A stretch of DNA of 64,000 nt from the human T2T-CHM13v2.0 reference genome, Homo sapiens: assembly GCF_009914755.1 (NCBI RefSeq), contig NC_060933.1; one strand, given 5' to 3'. Position numbers and translations under genes: made by a program. Below the pieces are notes generated by a model. It was not told the DNA's origin. It saw only the letters and a program-made list of their open reading frames with translations, and did not search any database. Below, piece by piece: positions 42,204-59,544 of this stretch. Within the stretch, counting starts at the first letter, position 1, and each line of letters begins with the position of its first letter.

Positions 42204-43986
42204 CGTAAAGATTTTTCTTTTAAAATACTTCTGTCAAGAATAATTTCTGTGGGGAGGCAGAAGAGTAGGCAGATGGGTAAACAAACAGAGTAAAATCTGT
42301 TGTAGATTCTAAAACAACCATATGTAGATAAAATAAATTTCTTCTGACACTGGATTTAGTAAATTTGGATTAATACCCACAGCACTATTAGCAATAACAT
42401 ACTTTTATATTTAAGTAAACGATATAACATTTTACAATAGAAAAATATGAGATTTCACAGATATAATGTACTCATTTTTCCATGTATACTTTAAAAATTC
42501 ACAGTCTTCCTCTCTCAATCATTCTGAAATATATACATAGTTATAGAGAACATCCTAAATCAATATGGTTTACAGTGGAAAAGAATATCATTTTTTCATG
42601 ATACACAAAAAAAAGACCTTTAGTCCAACTACATGTTAACTCCCAACTTCCAATACAAGAAAAAAAGGAGTAAAGACGGAATACCACTCTTATCATATAT
42701 AAAATACTACCATAGGTTTGATTCTAGAGACTGTGATTTAGAACTGACAGCAAAAATAAAGAGCTTAAATTCTCTCAACCAAAGGAAACTTTTCAAAATG
42801 CCTTCCACATTATGTTTAGTTCACTAGTTTCCATGCAAGCATAGGTCAGTGTAGCTTCATTCCATGTGCTGTCAGCTTTTCCACAACCGTTTAGACTTAG
42901 AAGGGATCTTAAAAGTCCCCTAGTAGTTCCTAATCCAAATCCTTTAGTTATACAGCTAAGGTAAGTGGAGTTTAAGTTGGTTATGTGACTTCCCTTAGTT
43001 CTTTCTGGAAGTTAGCGGCTGAGTCTCCACCTGGACCTAGATTTGTTGAACCTTATTCTGAAAGTCCAAATTAAGAAGCCCTGTAACAACCAGAAGACTA
43101 AGTGCTCTTCTAATTAAAAAAGACAAAGATTGTCTTAACAGAATGGCAACTCAGAAATTTGTATTTTGAAATGTTTCAGGTAAAAACTGAATATTCAATT
43201 TGAAAAAATTAAGATGAACACTCCAAGTAGCCAGCACAAAGGTTAACAAAACGTTAACTGACTCCTATGCTTCTCTCCAATTGCATTCCCCCACTGCACC
43301 AGCCAGAGATAACAAGTATCCTGATTTTTGTATAACTTACTCCTTTGCTTTTCTTTATAGTTCTATTCTATGCCTTGATTCACAGTGATCATATTTGAAT
43401 GAACTGCTGTCATTTCCACAATATCCCACTGGTTACATATATATTTCTTACTATATTCACATTATCACACAGGTCCACCCTATTCATTGCAGGAAAGGGC
43501 TATGTAAAGGTGAATACTAAGAAGTAAGGATCATTAAGATCCATTCTGAAAGCTAACCACACATTATCGTTTGTATGTTTTCAGGAGGGAAGAAAAATGA
43601 GAAGTATGTATTCAATCTTCCACCTTAAGTAACCAGAAAAATATTTGGAAATCTTTCAAGTTTTTGGTATACAATGAAGAAAAATCACAGTAAGAACTGA
43701 TGTCTGAAGATGCCATCTAGTCGTCATTAAGTCATAGCATTTTATTACAGTATCATGTTAAGACAAATTGCTAGAAATATGCAAATCAAGATAAAATATC
43801 ACAATGTACAGAGATGATACCACATTGATAAACCGTGACAGATTTTTGGCTCCAATCTTTTCTACAAGCATGAGAACGAATGCTTCATAAGTTACTACAA
43901 ACAAGAAAATGTTTCAAAATGGAAAAGAAATTCCAGAAATATTATGGAAAAGATGAATTCTGCTTCAACCTCAACATATCTTATTA

Positions 43987-44133
<147 letters not shown>

Positions 44134-46468
44134 TTAGCCGGGCATAGTGATGCATGCCTGTAATCCCAGCTACTCCAGAGGCTGAGGCATGAGAATCTCT
44201 TGAATCCAGGAAGTAGAGATTGCAGCAAACCGAGGTTGCACGACTGACTCCAGCCTGAGCAACGGAGTCAGACTCTCTCTCAAAAAAAAATAATAATCCT
44301 ATATAAAATTTTACTTTCTTGAGCACTCAAGGTACAATTATCCTACATAGTTGTTCAACTATCATTAATATTCAATTTTAAATGTTGGGACTATTAATTG
44401 CAAGTGGCAGCTGTATTACTGTTCACAAATATTCACTGTCTCTCCCTGAAGGGGAATGATACTATACATCACTTCTCTGTTGAAGGCAGGCATAACCAGG
44501 TAACTTACTTTGGCCAGCGAAATATAAACTTTAAAAAGCTTTACAAGTCAGTGTGTGGTTCAACATGTTCTCTTTTCCCTGCTTCTGCGATTGCAGAAGC
44601 ATATAGTGAGATGGAATTTCTATCAGCCAGATCTAATAAAGTCTGCAACCACAATGAACAAAGCCCCCTTACTAACCTGTGGTGGACATGGTAGCTTGAG
44701 CAAGAAAGCAACTTTGCTGCTTTCAGCTGCTGAGATTTTCAGATTGCTACTGAAGCCTTATCAAGACTTACACCTTACACAAAAAAATTTCTTCCCATTC
44801 TAGGACTGATATGAAAACTGTGAATTTCATATATGGATTATTTGCATGCATTAAATGTTCATAAATGTCTATTCTGAAACATCTCTCCAAGGCTCATAGA
44901 AATTTTCTTTCTGTAGCATAAGGCAGAGCTATCTTACCAGGGTATCCTTAGATAAAGTTTCCCTTAGGCCTTGGGGTAGCCAGGAAACCCCTGAAAAAGT
45001 AAAAGCCTCTGTTCCAGTCACTTCCAGATACAAGAAACCTCATCCGGTGCTCCTCAGTGGGTAGCTCCTGCACATGCTGCTCTGGAGTTATGTCAACTAT
45101 GAAAAGGGAAGTGCTCCAAGTCCTAGTAATCTACCTCATCAGACAACTGCAGAATGCACTGCTACCCATTATCATAGACAGGCTTGTGAAACTGTTGGAA
45201 GATTATGTTCAAGGTGCCTAAACAGCAAGGCACACAGTAGAATAAGCAGCAAGTCAAGAATGGGGGAGCCCAAAATCTAGTGAGCAAGGTTTCCTTAAAG
45301 CAACAGCCTTAAATCTCTATATTGATTATATTTTTACCCATTTGCCAGTGACATGCATTTTCAGCAGCATCAAATCTAGCTGCAAGGTGACTGCTCAAAC
45401 AATGCATATGCTTTCTGTCACCTAGAGCTTTGTCATTAAACACTTGAAATTAGAAAGGTCAATTGAATTTGAAATCCTGTCATTTGCTTATTTATTCATT
45501 TGTTTATTTTTGAGACAGGGTCTCGCTCTGTCGCCCAGGCTGGATTGCAGTAACATGATTATGGCTCACTGCAGCCTCGACTTCCTGGGCTAAAATGATT
45601 CTCCCAGATCAGCCTCCTGAGTAGCTGGGACTAAAAGTGTGTGCCACCATGCCTGGCTAATTTTTTCTATTTTTTTTATAGAGATGGGGGTCTCCCTATG
45701 TTGCCTAAGCTGGTCTCCAACTCCTGGGCTCAAGTGATCCTACCGCCTTAGCCTCCCAAAGTGCTGGGATTACAGGCATGAGCCACCGCAACTGCCCCAA
45801 ATCCTTTCATTTTTATCGCAAGAAATTTTCTATTACATTTTTGATGAAAAGAGCTGTTAGATTATTTAAAAATAATTCCAACTGTTGTAAATTATTGAAT
45901 GCTTAGATAAAAATTGTTTGTTTTTATTACCTACTCATACAAATGAAATTTTAATGGGTACTCAATTCTAAGAAATCATTATTTAAAAGTCTAGATCAGG
46001 AACTGAATATTCTTATTTCATGGATAAACTGATTTTAAAATGAAAAGTTAATGTTCACAGAAGCAAGTACAATTCTCTCATTAGAAACCCTGAAAAGAGT
46101 CTGAAGTTTTATAGAAATTCAACATTTAGTATCTTTCCTATAAATTTATATTATGTTTTACTTATCCTATACTATAACAAAAACGTTTTTCACATTTTTT
46201 TCCATCTAGTTCAGTACAGACACCTTTAAATCTCTTTCCAGTTTTGGGAGAATGAGATGCCTCTGGTTCTTTATGTCAGTAATGCAAAAGGCAAATGGCA
46301 GGGAGCACCAGCACAAGACCACTGACCTGGAGCCAGAATGCCCATCACACCCAACTTACTACTTAACGTAAGTACTTGAGCAACCTACTTGATCTCTCTT
46401 GAGTTGTTGTAAAGACTGAATAAGTTAATATACATAAAGTACTTAGAACAGTAGCCAGAAGCATTCAA

Positions 46469-46780
46469 TACACTCAAGCATCACTTAATGATGGGGATAC
46501 GTTGTGAGAAATGCATCATTAGGTGATTTCATCATTGTATGAGTATCACACAGTTTACTTACACAAGCCTAACTGGTACAGCCTACTATCCACCTAGGCT
46601 ACATGGTATGGCCTATTGCTTCTAGGCTACAAATCTGTACAGCCTGTGACTGTACTGGAGGCAACTGTAACACAATGGTAAGTATTTGTATATCTAAAGA
46701 AAAGGTACAATAAAAATACCACTTTATATATGTCCATCATTGACCAAAACAAAACATAGTTATTGCAGCACATGACTATA
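46469..46780. mobile_element. Tigger3a/MER7A-like DNA transposon
   Basis: cacttaatgatggggatacgttgtgagaaatgcatcattagg...gcagcacatgacta. Confidence 0.75.
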
Positions 46781-47861
46781 TAAGCATTTATGGGTGTTCT
46801 TACTATTCTTATTAGACTGAAATGTGCCATGAGGCGCTATGAGGCATAGGAGAATTGGTACAAACTATCTAAAAATTTGACTAAGCATGCCTAACTCCAT
46901 TGAAAAGTGTTTTGAAACTTTATCAACATCTGGCCCCTATACAAGCTAAGGCTTTAATCTTTGAAATAAAAAAGTTTTTAGGCATTGAGTAGTAGGTGAG
47001 TGGTCAGCCACTGAAAAGAGTCAAAGACCTAAAGATTACACATAACATACTACGGAAGGAAAATACCTATCTACCAGAAACCCAAGAGTCACAGTTGAGA
47101 CTATATCTTAAATAGTGGGCATACAATAGATATTAAACGTTTCTTGAATGAATGAAAAGAAGTAACAAAACAAACACAAAGCAAACAGAAAGTATTATGA
47201 CAAATACTGTTAATCAAGAAAAGAACCAATGACAAACACTCAAAAGACAAAATTATTTTTCTGGTAAAGCAGCTACCTGTGCTATGTCACATCAGCAACC
47301 TATGTGTTAACATGTCTGAAAGGGTACTTCTGTCAGAAGGTTACTTCTGAAAAGCTAAAATGGAAAGGGGGAAATGCCCCTTTAATGACCTCTTGTTTGA
47401 TCAGGGTAAAGTGCAAAAAGAGTAAGACAGTGGCAGCCACTTCCCATTATATTAGACTTTACATAACAGTAAATATTAAAGACAAAAAATAGCACTACTT
47501 AATCTGCAGCTAAGGGGATAGGAGATGAAACAACTGGAAGAGTTCAATCATCTGTGCTATGCTATACTTAAAAAAAAAAATAGCCAACATATCAACACAT
47601 CATCTACTGCAACAGCCTTGACAGAAATCTACATACTATGTCAAAAGGTACAACGACCAGTACTTCAGAAGTAGAAGAGAAGGAAATGTAATTTTAAATG
47701 AAAGAAGGGAATAAAACTTAACATGAAAATAATCCCCAATTTGTAAATATGTCTATTATTCATACACATACCAAAATGAAGAAAGAAATGCATGGGATTA
47801 CTCACTATGCTTATTTTCCTTTCTATGGTTTTTACTATTTCCCCAAATATTCTACAATGAC

Positions 47862-48045
47862 TATATAAATATATATATACACATATATATACACATACAT
47901 ACATACACACACACATGTATACATATATACGTATATATGTATACGTATATATACACATATATATACACATATATACGTATATATATACGTATACATATAT
48001 ATGTATATATACACACGTATATATATACACGTATATATATATATA
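47862..48045. repeat. Compound (TA)/(CA)/(CG) microsatellite adjoining an Alu tail
   Basis: Alternating purine-pyrimidine sequence. Confidence 0.95.
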
Positions 48046-50640
48046 TTTTTTTTTAGACAGGGTCTTACTCACACACCAAGGCTGGAGCAGTGGTGTGATC
48101 ACGGCTCACTGCAGCCTCAACTTCCTGGTCTCAGGTGATTCTCCCACCTCGGCCTCCAGAGTAGCTGGGACTACAGGCACGTGACACCATGCCTGGCTAA
48201 TTTTTTGCAGAGACAGGGTTTTGCCATGTTGCCCAGGCTGGTCTTGAACCCCTAGGCTCAAGCAATCCTCCTACCTCAGCCTCCCAAAGTGCTGGGATTA
48301 CAGGAATGAGCCACCATGCCCGGCTCTACAATGATATTAGTTCTAAAAAAAAAAAAGAAAAACAACCTCAAAAAGAAAAAATGGTTATCTATACTCAAGT
48401 TGAAAAAGTTAAGCATAATGTAATCAATACAATATTGATTTTTTTGCCCTGTGTCAAAATTTAGAAAGGGCAACTACAGGTCAGAATTGACAATGAGACG
48501 CCTTTGGCCATTCACATCAGTGACAGACAAGTCAAACGACAGAGAGCAACTATCGAAGACTAATATGTTGCATACTTTTAAGAGAACACTACCCTCGTTA
48601 ACTAATTTTTCAGAATTTTCAAAAAGATAGTCATGTTATGCAATCCAGGAATTCCTCTGTAACTTTTTTTTTAATCTTGATAAGAAGAAACAAATAGGGA
48701 GACTAGGAAAACATTAGGCTTTTAAAAGATACTATATTTCAGGTCATGGCTAGGGTTAGTATTCCTTCAGTCTTGTGTCCTAAACTTCTGCATCTCCACA
48801 TACAGTCACATCTAAGAGATGTTAGGATAAATAGATTCAAACACAGCTCTTCTCCCTCCCTCTCTATACTTTTTCTCCTTCAAATACACTTGGTCTTTAA
48901 AATTTAGATGCTTCTATGCTTAGACATTTATATACACATAATATAATTAAGCCATACAATGCAAATGAAAATACAATGGACTGCCAATTAAGTTACTTAA
49001 ATTAGTCTATGAATATGGTGGCTAATACTGTATATTAAACATTTACATATTATTAAACTACTACACAAATCAGGTTTTTGGTGCAGAAATCTAATGATTA
49101 TTTTATTTATATTTTTCCCCTCCTCCCTTTGAGTTCCTTTTAAAAATAATTTCAAGGATATCTGGGCTCAGTGGTGCACACCTGTAATTTCAGCAACTTG
49201 GGAGACTGAAGCAGGAGATCACTTAAGTCCAGGAGTTTGGGACCAGCCCAGGCAACATAGCAAAACCGTATCTCATAAAATAAATGATAAAACTAATTTC
49301 AAGGATAATGTATAGTTGAAGGAAGACAAAATAAATTCACACGATAATTTTAAAAACAGAAATGTTTCAGGGCAAAATGTGAAATAAACACACATTCTCA
49401 ATATGCAGGCAGTTCACCATAAATAAATATATCTTCTACTATCTTCCATAATGTAATGACTACCACTAGTACAAACTATTAATTTATACTTAAGATGGCA
49501 GCAGGCCACACATGGTGGTTCACACCTGTAATCCTGGTACTTTGGAAGGGCTGAGGTGGGCAGATTGCTTGAGCCCAGGAGTTCAAGATCAGCTAGGGAA
49601 ACATGGCAAAACCCCTTCTCTACAAAATGTACAACAGTTAGCAGGCATAGTGGTGCATGACTGTGGTCCCAGCTACTTGGGAGGCTAAGGTGGTAGGATC
49701 ACCTGAGCCTGGGGGTCGAGGCTGTAGTGAGCAGTGATTGTGCCACTGCACTACACCTTGGGTTACAGCCTGAGACCCTTTGTCAAAGAAGAAAAAGAAA
49801 AAAAAAAGATGGCAGCAATGTCAAAAATATAACAAAGTCTTTATTTTACATATACTTCATACCCAAAAAGCCAATTATTTGACTTATTAAATGTAATAGC
49901 ATGCGTTAGGGCTTTCTCTAGCAACCCTCTTTCTTCAGATTTTGCATGTACTCCAAGAAAAAACAACTTGAAATTTCTTGAACACACAATTAGTTTACTT
50001 GTTCATATCTTTAACTATGCTGTTCTCTTTTGTCTACAATGCCATCTATCTCTTCCACTGAAAACTTCCATTTATTCCTCAAAATCCTGCTCAGGTGCTA
50101 GCATATCTATGAAGCGTTCTCTGACCTGTTCCTGAAGTTAAACATTCCCTCCTCTGTAATATTTCCATACTTTAAACTTACTATTATTGAATGGACTCCA
50201 AAAAAATTCTCTTTATTGTTGTGCCTAGCCCCTATGATCCTGATTTCAAGATCCTGAAAGACAAGAGTTTCTATCCCTTACAAATACCACAGGATCTGGC
50301 ACATAGAAGACACATTTATTGAACTTAGTGTTTTCTTCATGTTTACATTCTTCAAGTACACAGCTGTCTATGCAGTGAAAAATGTGCTCTACAAGTAGAA
50401 AAAGAAATATGTGAAGTGCACAATAGACAATCCTCAATTCCCATAACGCAGATGTGCATGAGCAATTATTAGCAGTTCAAAGTTGTTTCATTACGGTAAG
50501 TACTATTCTAACAAACTAATTGCCACAACCAATTTTGTCTAGGAAGCATATCTGGTTTTAAAGTGTTGATTTAAGCCAGCCGGGCATGGTGGCTCACGCC
50601 TGTAATCCCAGCACTTTGGGAGGCCAAGGCGGGTGGATCA

Positions 50641-50883
<243 letters not shown>

Positions 50884-51252
50884 TTAAGAGAACTAGGATG
50901 CATTGGCTGCTTAAGTAAACTGCTTCTAAAAATGAATAGCCTAAGCTACAAGCAGGAGAATTTTTTTTTTCTCTTTGTGTATACATGGGGTCTCACTATG
51001 TTGCCCAGGCTGATCTCAAACTCCTGAGCTCAAGCAATCCTCCAGCCTCGGCCTCCCAAAGGGCTGGGATTACAGGCATGCACCACCAAGCCCGACCCAA
51101 GCAGAAGAATTCCTAAGTGGCTGGTAGTCTTGGCCTCTATCAAGGTTTGGAGGCACATTGCCATTATGACCTTATCCCTCTACACTATGACCTCACTAGA
51201 ATCAAGACAGCAGCAGCCATATCTCAGTCCAGAAGACCACAATTAGGGAACT

Positions 51253-51284
<32 letters not shown>

Positions 51285-51768
51285 ATTATACATATAAAAT
51301 CCTTAAATCAAGAACAACCAAATATATTACTTTTTATGAGATGAATGATAGCCATCTTCTATTAACACTACCAATTAGCCTGACCAAAAAAAGGTATTAA
51401 TGTAGATGCCAATTAGTGTGGCCTCACTGAAATATAACTTAGATCGAAATTAACTGAGCGTAATATGAAATGGCACCAAGTATCACTGATTTAACACCTG
51501 GTGAAATAAAAAATTGTGTTATTTCATGTTCTGTTCTTCAGATAACCAAACAGTATCTTTCACTTTGGCTTCTTAAAAATTAGGGTTCACAGGCCAGGTG
51601 TGGTGGCTCACACTTGTAATCCCAGCACTTTGGGAGGCAGAGGTGGGCAGATCACGAGGTCAGGAGTTCCAGACCAGCCTGGCCAACAAGGCGAAACACC
51701 GTCTGTATTAAAAATACAAAAAAAAAAAAAAAAAAAATTAGCCAGGCGCCTGTAATCCCAGCTACTCA

Positions 51769-51873
<105 letters not shown>

Positions 51874-52681
51874 TCAAGAAAAAAAAAAAATAGGGTTCAC
51901 AATCAGCAAGTGTGAAGTGCATACTAAAACTCTGCTCCAAACACACTTACTGTAAGTGATGTAAACCCAATGGGTATGCCCCAAACTCCATTTTTTTCTC
52001 ATAGTTAAGTACTGAGATCCCTCTCCAATCTGCAGCTCCCACTTTCTGCAGGCCAAGAAAGTTAAACAAAAAATACAAGCAGGTACTCAGTGAGGACCTG
52101 AGGGATTCTCCCACGAGTAAAATACATCTATTTTCACACAAGGTTCTTTTGGTCAACTTCTGGGTTTTGCTCTTACTCCAGAATTGAAGCTACTATAGTG
52201 TTATAAATCTGTTGAGAAAAGAAATCTAGACTTCTATGAAGATTTTTAATATTTTAATTTGCCAAAAAGCTTCTCAAATATTTTTATAGCTACAAGTCAC
52301 ATTTATTAAATGATTCCAGTTACAATCCCAAGCACATTTACTACACAACAGACAATGCTAAATGGTGAAGAAAAGTGTCTCCGGCTTTTTAGTGTAAGAC
52401 AGACGATCTTTCATTAGTTCTTCTAATGAAAGCACTTGCATCTACTCTGAAAAATCTGGCGAAGGTAAAGAGTGAAAAAGAGGAGGAAGAGAAAAGGCAA
52501 TCAGCCAATTTGATAAACTATTTTTGTCGTTACTGTTCAATATTTATGAAGCACCTTAATGCTAGAGATCTGACAAAAATTCGGTAAGGCTGTTCCAAAC
52601 AATAACAGAAAAAAAAATCACTTTTCAATAGCTGGCGGGGGAGGAGGAGGAGCACTATATTCAAAAAGTAATTCACTATAC

Positions 52682-52813
52682 CTCATTCATGAATGAAAGC
52701 CAAATTTCACCCATAGGCTGTTAACCGATGCTCCGAAACTTATTCGCAAAGTACATAGAGAAAGAAATTGCGCTGGGCGAAACCTAACTCGGGCAGAGAA
52801 GCGGCTTCAAAAC
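52682..52813 (-). other. GKAP1: GKAP1 non-coding exon 2 (5'UTR)
   Basis: Acceptor cgttttctccctttcag| at 52814 and donor GAG|gtatag at 52681; unique sequence at the edge of the CpG island. Confidence 0.75.
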
Positions 52814-53202
52814 CTGAAAGGGAGAAAACGAGTCAGGTCGTTGCTCCAGAAATTTCCGAGCGCCCGGCTCCCCGGGAGGGAGCGCGGGCGCCAGCGGCGG
52901 GGAGGGGACGGTGGCACCTGTCACTCGAGCGGCCCCCACGGGGTCTCGGGAGGCTCAGCGGTCGCCGGCCTGGGAGTCGGGTGCGAGTCCCTCCCCGCCG
53001 CCCCGAGCCTTGCGCCGAGCGTCGGGCCGCGGCCCTCCCGTGCCCTCTGCCCAGCGGCTCCGGTCAGTGGGGCCCGTCGCCTCAGGCCGAGTCCCCGCCA
53101 CCCGAGGCCGGGGCGCCGAGGGGAGCGCTGTCGAGCCGCTGCCTACGCCTCCGGGGTGCCGGAGCGGACACCCGCGAGGCGGGCCCGCCTCCGCGTACTC
53201 AC

Positions 53203-53460
53203 CGGGCCTCCCGTGCCGCCGGCTCGGCCCTCCTCTCCCTCCTCCCCCCGCCGCCGCCTCTCCCGCGGCTCCCCGGGCGGCCGCACTGGGCGTTGGGACT
53301 GGTCTGGGTCAAGTGTCGGCAGAGCTGGGGGCAGGCTCGCGCCGGGCGGGGGTCGCGGTCGGCCCACAGGCTGGGCACTAACGGGTCCCGGGGCGCCGGG
53401 GCGGACCGCGGAGGTGAGCGCGGCTGCAGGCTGCGGTGAGGGGCGGGGAGAGCGCGGCTG
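53203..53460 (-). other. GKAP1: GKAP1 non-coding exon 1 (5' end approximate)
   Basis: Consensus donor CCG|gtgagt at 53202 inside the CpG island, just downstream of GC boxes. The TSS cannot be fixed from sequence alone. Confidence 0.7.
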
Positions 53461-53523
53461 AGAGCAGGCGGGCGGGCGGAGGGTGGAGGGAAGCCCGGGC
53501 GGAGGAGGCGGCGTGAGAGCCTC

Positions 53524-53550
53524 GGGGCGGGGGCGGGGGCGGGGGCGGGG
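53524..53550 (+). promoter_or_regulatory. Tandem Sp1/KLF GC boxes (GGGGGC)n, G-quadruplex-competent
   Basis: ggggcgggggcgggggcgggggcgggg: five G-runs with 1-nt loops. Confidence 0.8.
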
Positions 53551-56500
53551 CCTGGCGCGTCCGCCGAGCGCGGGGGTTTGTTTATTTTCGCGGTTGGTAG
53601 CGGCGCTGGCGCTGGTTAGAGGTTCGCCGGTGACGTGAGCGCCCGAGTTGGGGGAGAGGACCAGAACCACCTGCTGGAGAAGGGGAGCTACGGGGGCCGG
53701 GCAGGGTCCAAACGCCTCACGTAGGCGGCGGCGCCACGGTCTTCGGGGTCACAGGGAAGAGAAGGGCTCTCCTCAAGCGGGTGGAAGGAGGGAGGCCTCC
53801 CGAGGGAGTGAGACTCTAGGCCACTCCCCCGCAGCAAGGCAGGATCACCTGCGACGCGGAGAGCGGTTAGAGGGCCCTGGAGTGGAAAAGGGCAGTGGGA
53901 CCTGGTAGCTTGGGTTCCCTGCAACTTGGGGTTCGACCTCCAGGCAATGAAGTAGGGATGGTCCTGCAAGTCAAGATTCCAGTAGCAAGAGTGCATCAGA
54001 TCTCTGTAAGGAAAATAACTAACATTGCTCAGTTCCCTGTAGAGTTGCAGGGCGCTTTAACGTTATCTCCCTTGGTTCTCCATCAGGTCGTAGTGGACTA
54101 ATTTTACAGGCGAAGTTAAGTGACTTACCCAAAACCTCACAGCTAATAAACGGCAGAGCCGGCACCCAGCTGTACTGGCTTCCAATTCTGTTAGCTTACC
54201 AGCGCATCACATTATCTCCATAAATCCCCATGATTCAACTAATATTAGACGCCCCACAGGTAAGATGCTTCAGAGTTAGAGGGGAGTTGAAGATACCTTT
54301 GCCTTCAAAGAAGTAAGGAATAAAACAAAGATAAAACAGACAATAAAAGACAAACCATGATAGGTGCCACGTGAAAAGTGGCAGAGTACTGCCGGGAATC
54401 AAAGAACCGTGTATATCTGTCTTGGGGATAAGGAAAGAAAGGCAGCATGAAGGAGTAGGCATTTGGGATTGACCTTGAAGGAGACAGGGAGAGTTTTACA
54501 GCAAGCAGGGATAGCATGAGAATATATATGAAGGCGAATCAGTGAAAGTTGTGTTGGGGAAAGAGCAAAGACTCCAGGGTATGTTGAGAGGTAGAAAAGA
54601 CAAAGGAGTATGGGGCCTAAGATACCAAATGGATGAATTTATATTTAATTCAGTATTTTGAGTTTTTATGGTTCAGAAGTTTGGGGGAAGAAAAGGAAGG
54701 TTTTTTTTTTTCTTTGTGCTAGTGATTTATCTGTGAGGGGAAGCAGAAATCAGAGGTGGAAAAACGGACAGATCTACTGTAGGCCAGGTAAAAATGATGA
54801 GTCTGACCTAAAGGGACAGCTAGGGGAATTTAAAAGAGCATAGTTGAGAGATGATGTGCATGCAGTATCTATAGAATTTGGCAACTGATTGATTAATTGT
54901 GGGTAGGAAGAGAGAAATCAAAGAAAGTGGAGGTTTTGAGTTTGTAGATAATTGCAAGAGAGAAAAGAGACAATTACAAAGGAGAGGGAGCTACTTCTTG
55001 AGAGATCAGTTTAGATTTGGACATTTTAAGAATTCAAAGGGTTGTCAAGACAGCCAGAGAGACATGGACACTAATAAGTTAGAAATAAAGGTTTTGTAAT
55101 ATGGGAAAGAGGACTGAACTAGAAAATAGACTCATAAATAATCAGCCTAGGAGTGATATTGCTGTGAGATAAAAGAAGAAAACAAAGGTCAGAATCTTGG
55201 AAAACACCCTCTTTAGAGTCTCGCTACTCAAAACGTGGTCAGTGGCCCAGCAGCACTGACATGAGGATGTTAGTTAGAAACTCAGAATCTCAGGCTCCAC
55301 CCCAGACCTGCTGAACCAGCATCTTCAACTTAACAAGAACCCGAAGAGATTTGTGTCACATCAAAAAGTTTGAGAAGCTCTGATCTAGGTGAGCCAAGCC
55401 AGCAAAGAAAGGGGATGGAGCAGAAAATGGGAGGAGAATAGGGTAACGCAGAATCATCAAGACAAGGTAAATTGGAGTTTCACAAAAACAGGGCTGGAAG
55501 GAGTGTTGCTCAACAATATCCAAAACCACAGAGGTTGAAAAGCACAAGGAAAGAAGGTATGTTTGCACTTTGTGATTAGGTAGTAGGGTCTTTGAGACCA
55601 CATTGTTCTTATTGAAAGCCTGGGAAGAAAGATCCCCTTTCTGGTCAAGTTTAGTCTAGGGATCCATCCCATCTTCCCCAGTTCCCACGTGTATGGGACA
55701 TGTCGAGATAAGTAGATAGATTGGACAGTGGGAGAAAGTAGTTCTCTTCCAGTTGCTTCTATTTTCTCAGCAAAGTGAGGAGCAAGATCATTTTGGCAGA
55801 CTGCTAATTGTCCATCACAATTTAGTCTCCCTTTCTCCCTGAAAACACAGACTGCTTTTCTCAGCCTCTCTTTCAGTTGCATATGGTCAAGTATTAAGTT
55901 ATAGAACGTGAGCAGATGTTATGTCTGCCACTGTCAGGCCAAGGCGTTTACTTTGAGAGTACTTGTGCCTCTTTCATGCATTTTCCTTTCTGCCAGCTGG
56001 ACCCTGGACACGGTGACTCTGATTCAATTATGCAGATGACCACAAACCTCTGGGGTTGGCAGAGCCACAAGAAAGAAGGTGCCTGGATGAAGGAGAGCTA
56101 CCCACTGACCTGGACACCCAATTATGTGAGCAAGATATATTTCTATTGAGTTGGAGCCATAACATTTTGCAGTCTATTTTTTATAGCAGTTTAGCCTACT
56201 CTAGGTAATGTAGTCCTTAACGGAAAGTATTGAGAAAAAAAGAGAGAAGGGAGGTGAAATCAGAGTTTATGAGTGAGGGAGAGTGAACTGACTAAAGAAC
56301 ATGGTAAAGTTTCCAGGCATTACTAAGAGCCCCATTGAATAAGTGGTCATGAATTTATAGTGAGGCTAGCCACTTGGTTATGCAATTTTCTCTAGCCATA
56401 TTCAGTTGCTCATGTGCAGGCACTGAGTAGGCAGTTTTGGCAGTAACCAGGACTGAGATTTGACCAGGCAAGTATAAGGGGAAGATAAGGGCAGAGTTGG

Positions 56501-56633
56501 TGTTGATAGAGGCAAAGGAGGCCTTATAATTTCAGAAGTGGTAAGAAGTAAAGCTATGAGAGGAGTGAAGAATGGTGGAAAGACGGTAGAGTGACTGAAT
56601 TGGTGTTTTTGATGAGGTTGAAGAATTGTTGAA

Positions 56634-57845
<1,212 letters not shown>

Positions 57846-58338
57846 TGAGACTGGATCTCATTCTTTCACTAAGGCTGGAGTGCAGTGACGCGATGATAGC
57901 CCACTGCAGCCTCAATCTCCCAGGCTCCCACCTCAGCCTCCTGAGTAGCTGGGACTACAGATGTGCACCAGTACTCCTGGCTAATTTTTTTTTTTTTCTT
58001 AAGGTAGAGACAAAGTCTCACAATGTTGCCTGGCCTGGTCTCAAAACTCCTGAGCTCAAGCCATCCCCCTGCCTCAGTTCCCAAAATGTTGGGATTACAG
58101 ATGTGAGCCACCACACCTGGTGGTTGCTTAGTTTTCTCTATATCTATCACCATTACATCTCCGTATTTTCCACCAGAGTTGTGAAATTTTGTTCAAAAGT
58201 TTCAGACATATTAGGTAATCCATCATTTCCATTTTCTTTTCTTGGAGACATCCCTTCTAGACACTTCCATCCTCTAGTGTGCTCTCCAGGCCTGCTACAC
58301 AGCTGACTTCCTGGAACCTCCCATCACCTTCATCTAGG

Positions 58339-58844
<506 letters not shown>

Positions 58845-59131
58845 TAAAGTGATCCACCTGCCTCAGCCTCCCAAAGTTCTGAGATTACAGGTGTGAGCCA
58901 CTGTGCCCAGCCACATGTTTTTCTGTTTCTTGATATACGCCTTTACTTGGATGGAGTGCTCCTTCCAGCAGTTTCCTGAGTGAGAAGAGTATATGGAAGT
59001 TAAAATTTTTGAGAATTTCTTGATTTTGACATGTTTTCTGGCTTTCTGTACTGCTTTTATTTCCTCCAATTTCTTTTTTTTTTTTTCTTTTTAGAGACGG
59101 AGTTTCACTCGTTTCCCAGGCTGGAGTGTAG

Positions 59132-59400
<269 letters not shown>

Positions 59401-59544
59401 TAGATTCTGTCTTTTATGTAAGGAGGTTTCTTCAAATAAATGGAGATCATCAACTGTTCACCACATTTAAGAATGAGGTGATATCTGGGCATCATGGCTC
59501 ATGCCTGTAGTCCCAGCTACTTGGGAGGCTGAGGCAGGAGGATC

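Larger units (their letters stand above)
52720..53900. promoter_or_regulatory. GKAP1: CpG island / GKAP1 promoter
   Basis: Very GC- and CpG-rich segment in an AT-rich background; tandem GC boxes at 53524-53550; CRE/ATF-like TGACGTGA near 53631. Confidence 0.92.

Noticed and set aside
52914-52925. Possible extra donor CAG|gtgcca between exons 1 and 2
   Set aside because: Weak consensus and no clear partner acceptor
52768-53996. ORFs of 100-223 aa on both strands
   Set aside because: Stop-codon depletion in a CpG island; low-complexity R/P/G/A peptides, mostly non-ATG starts
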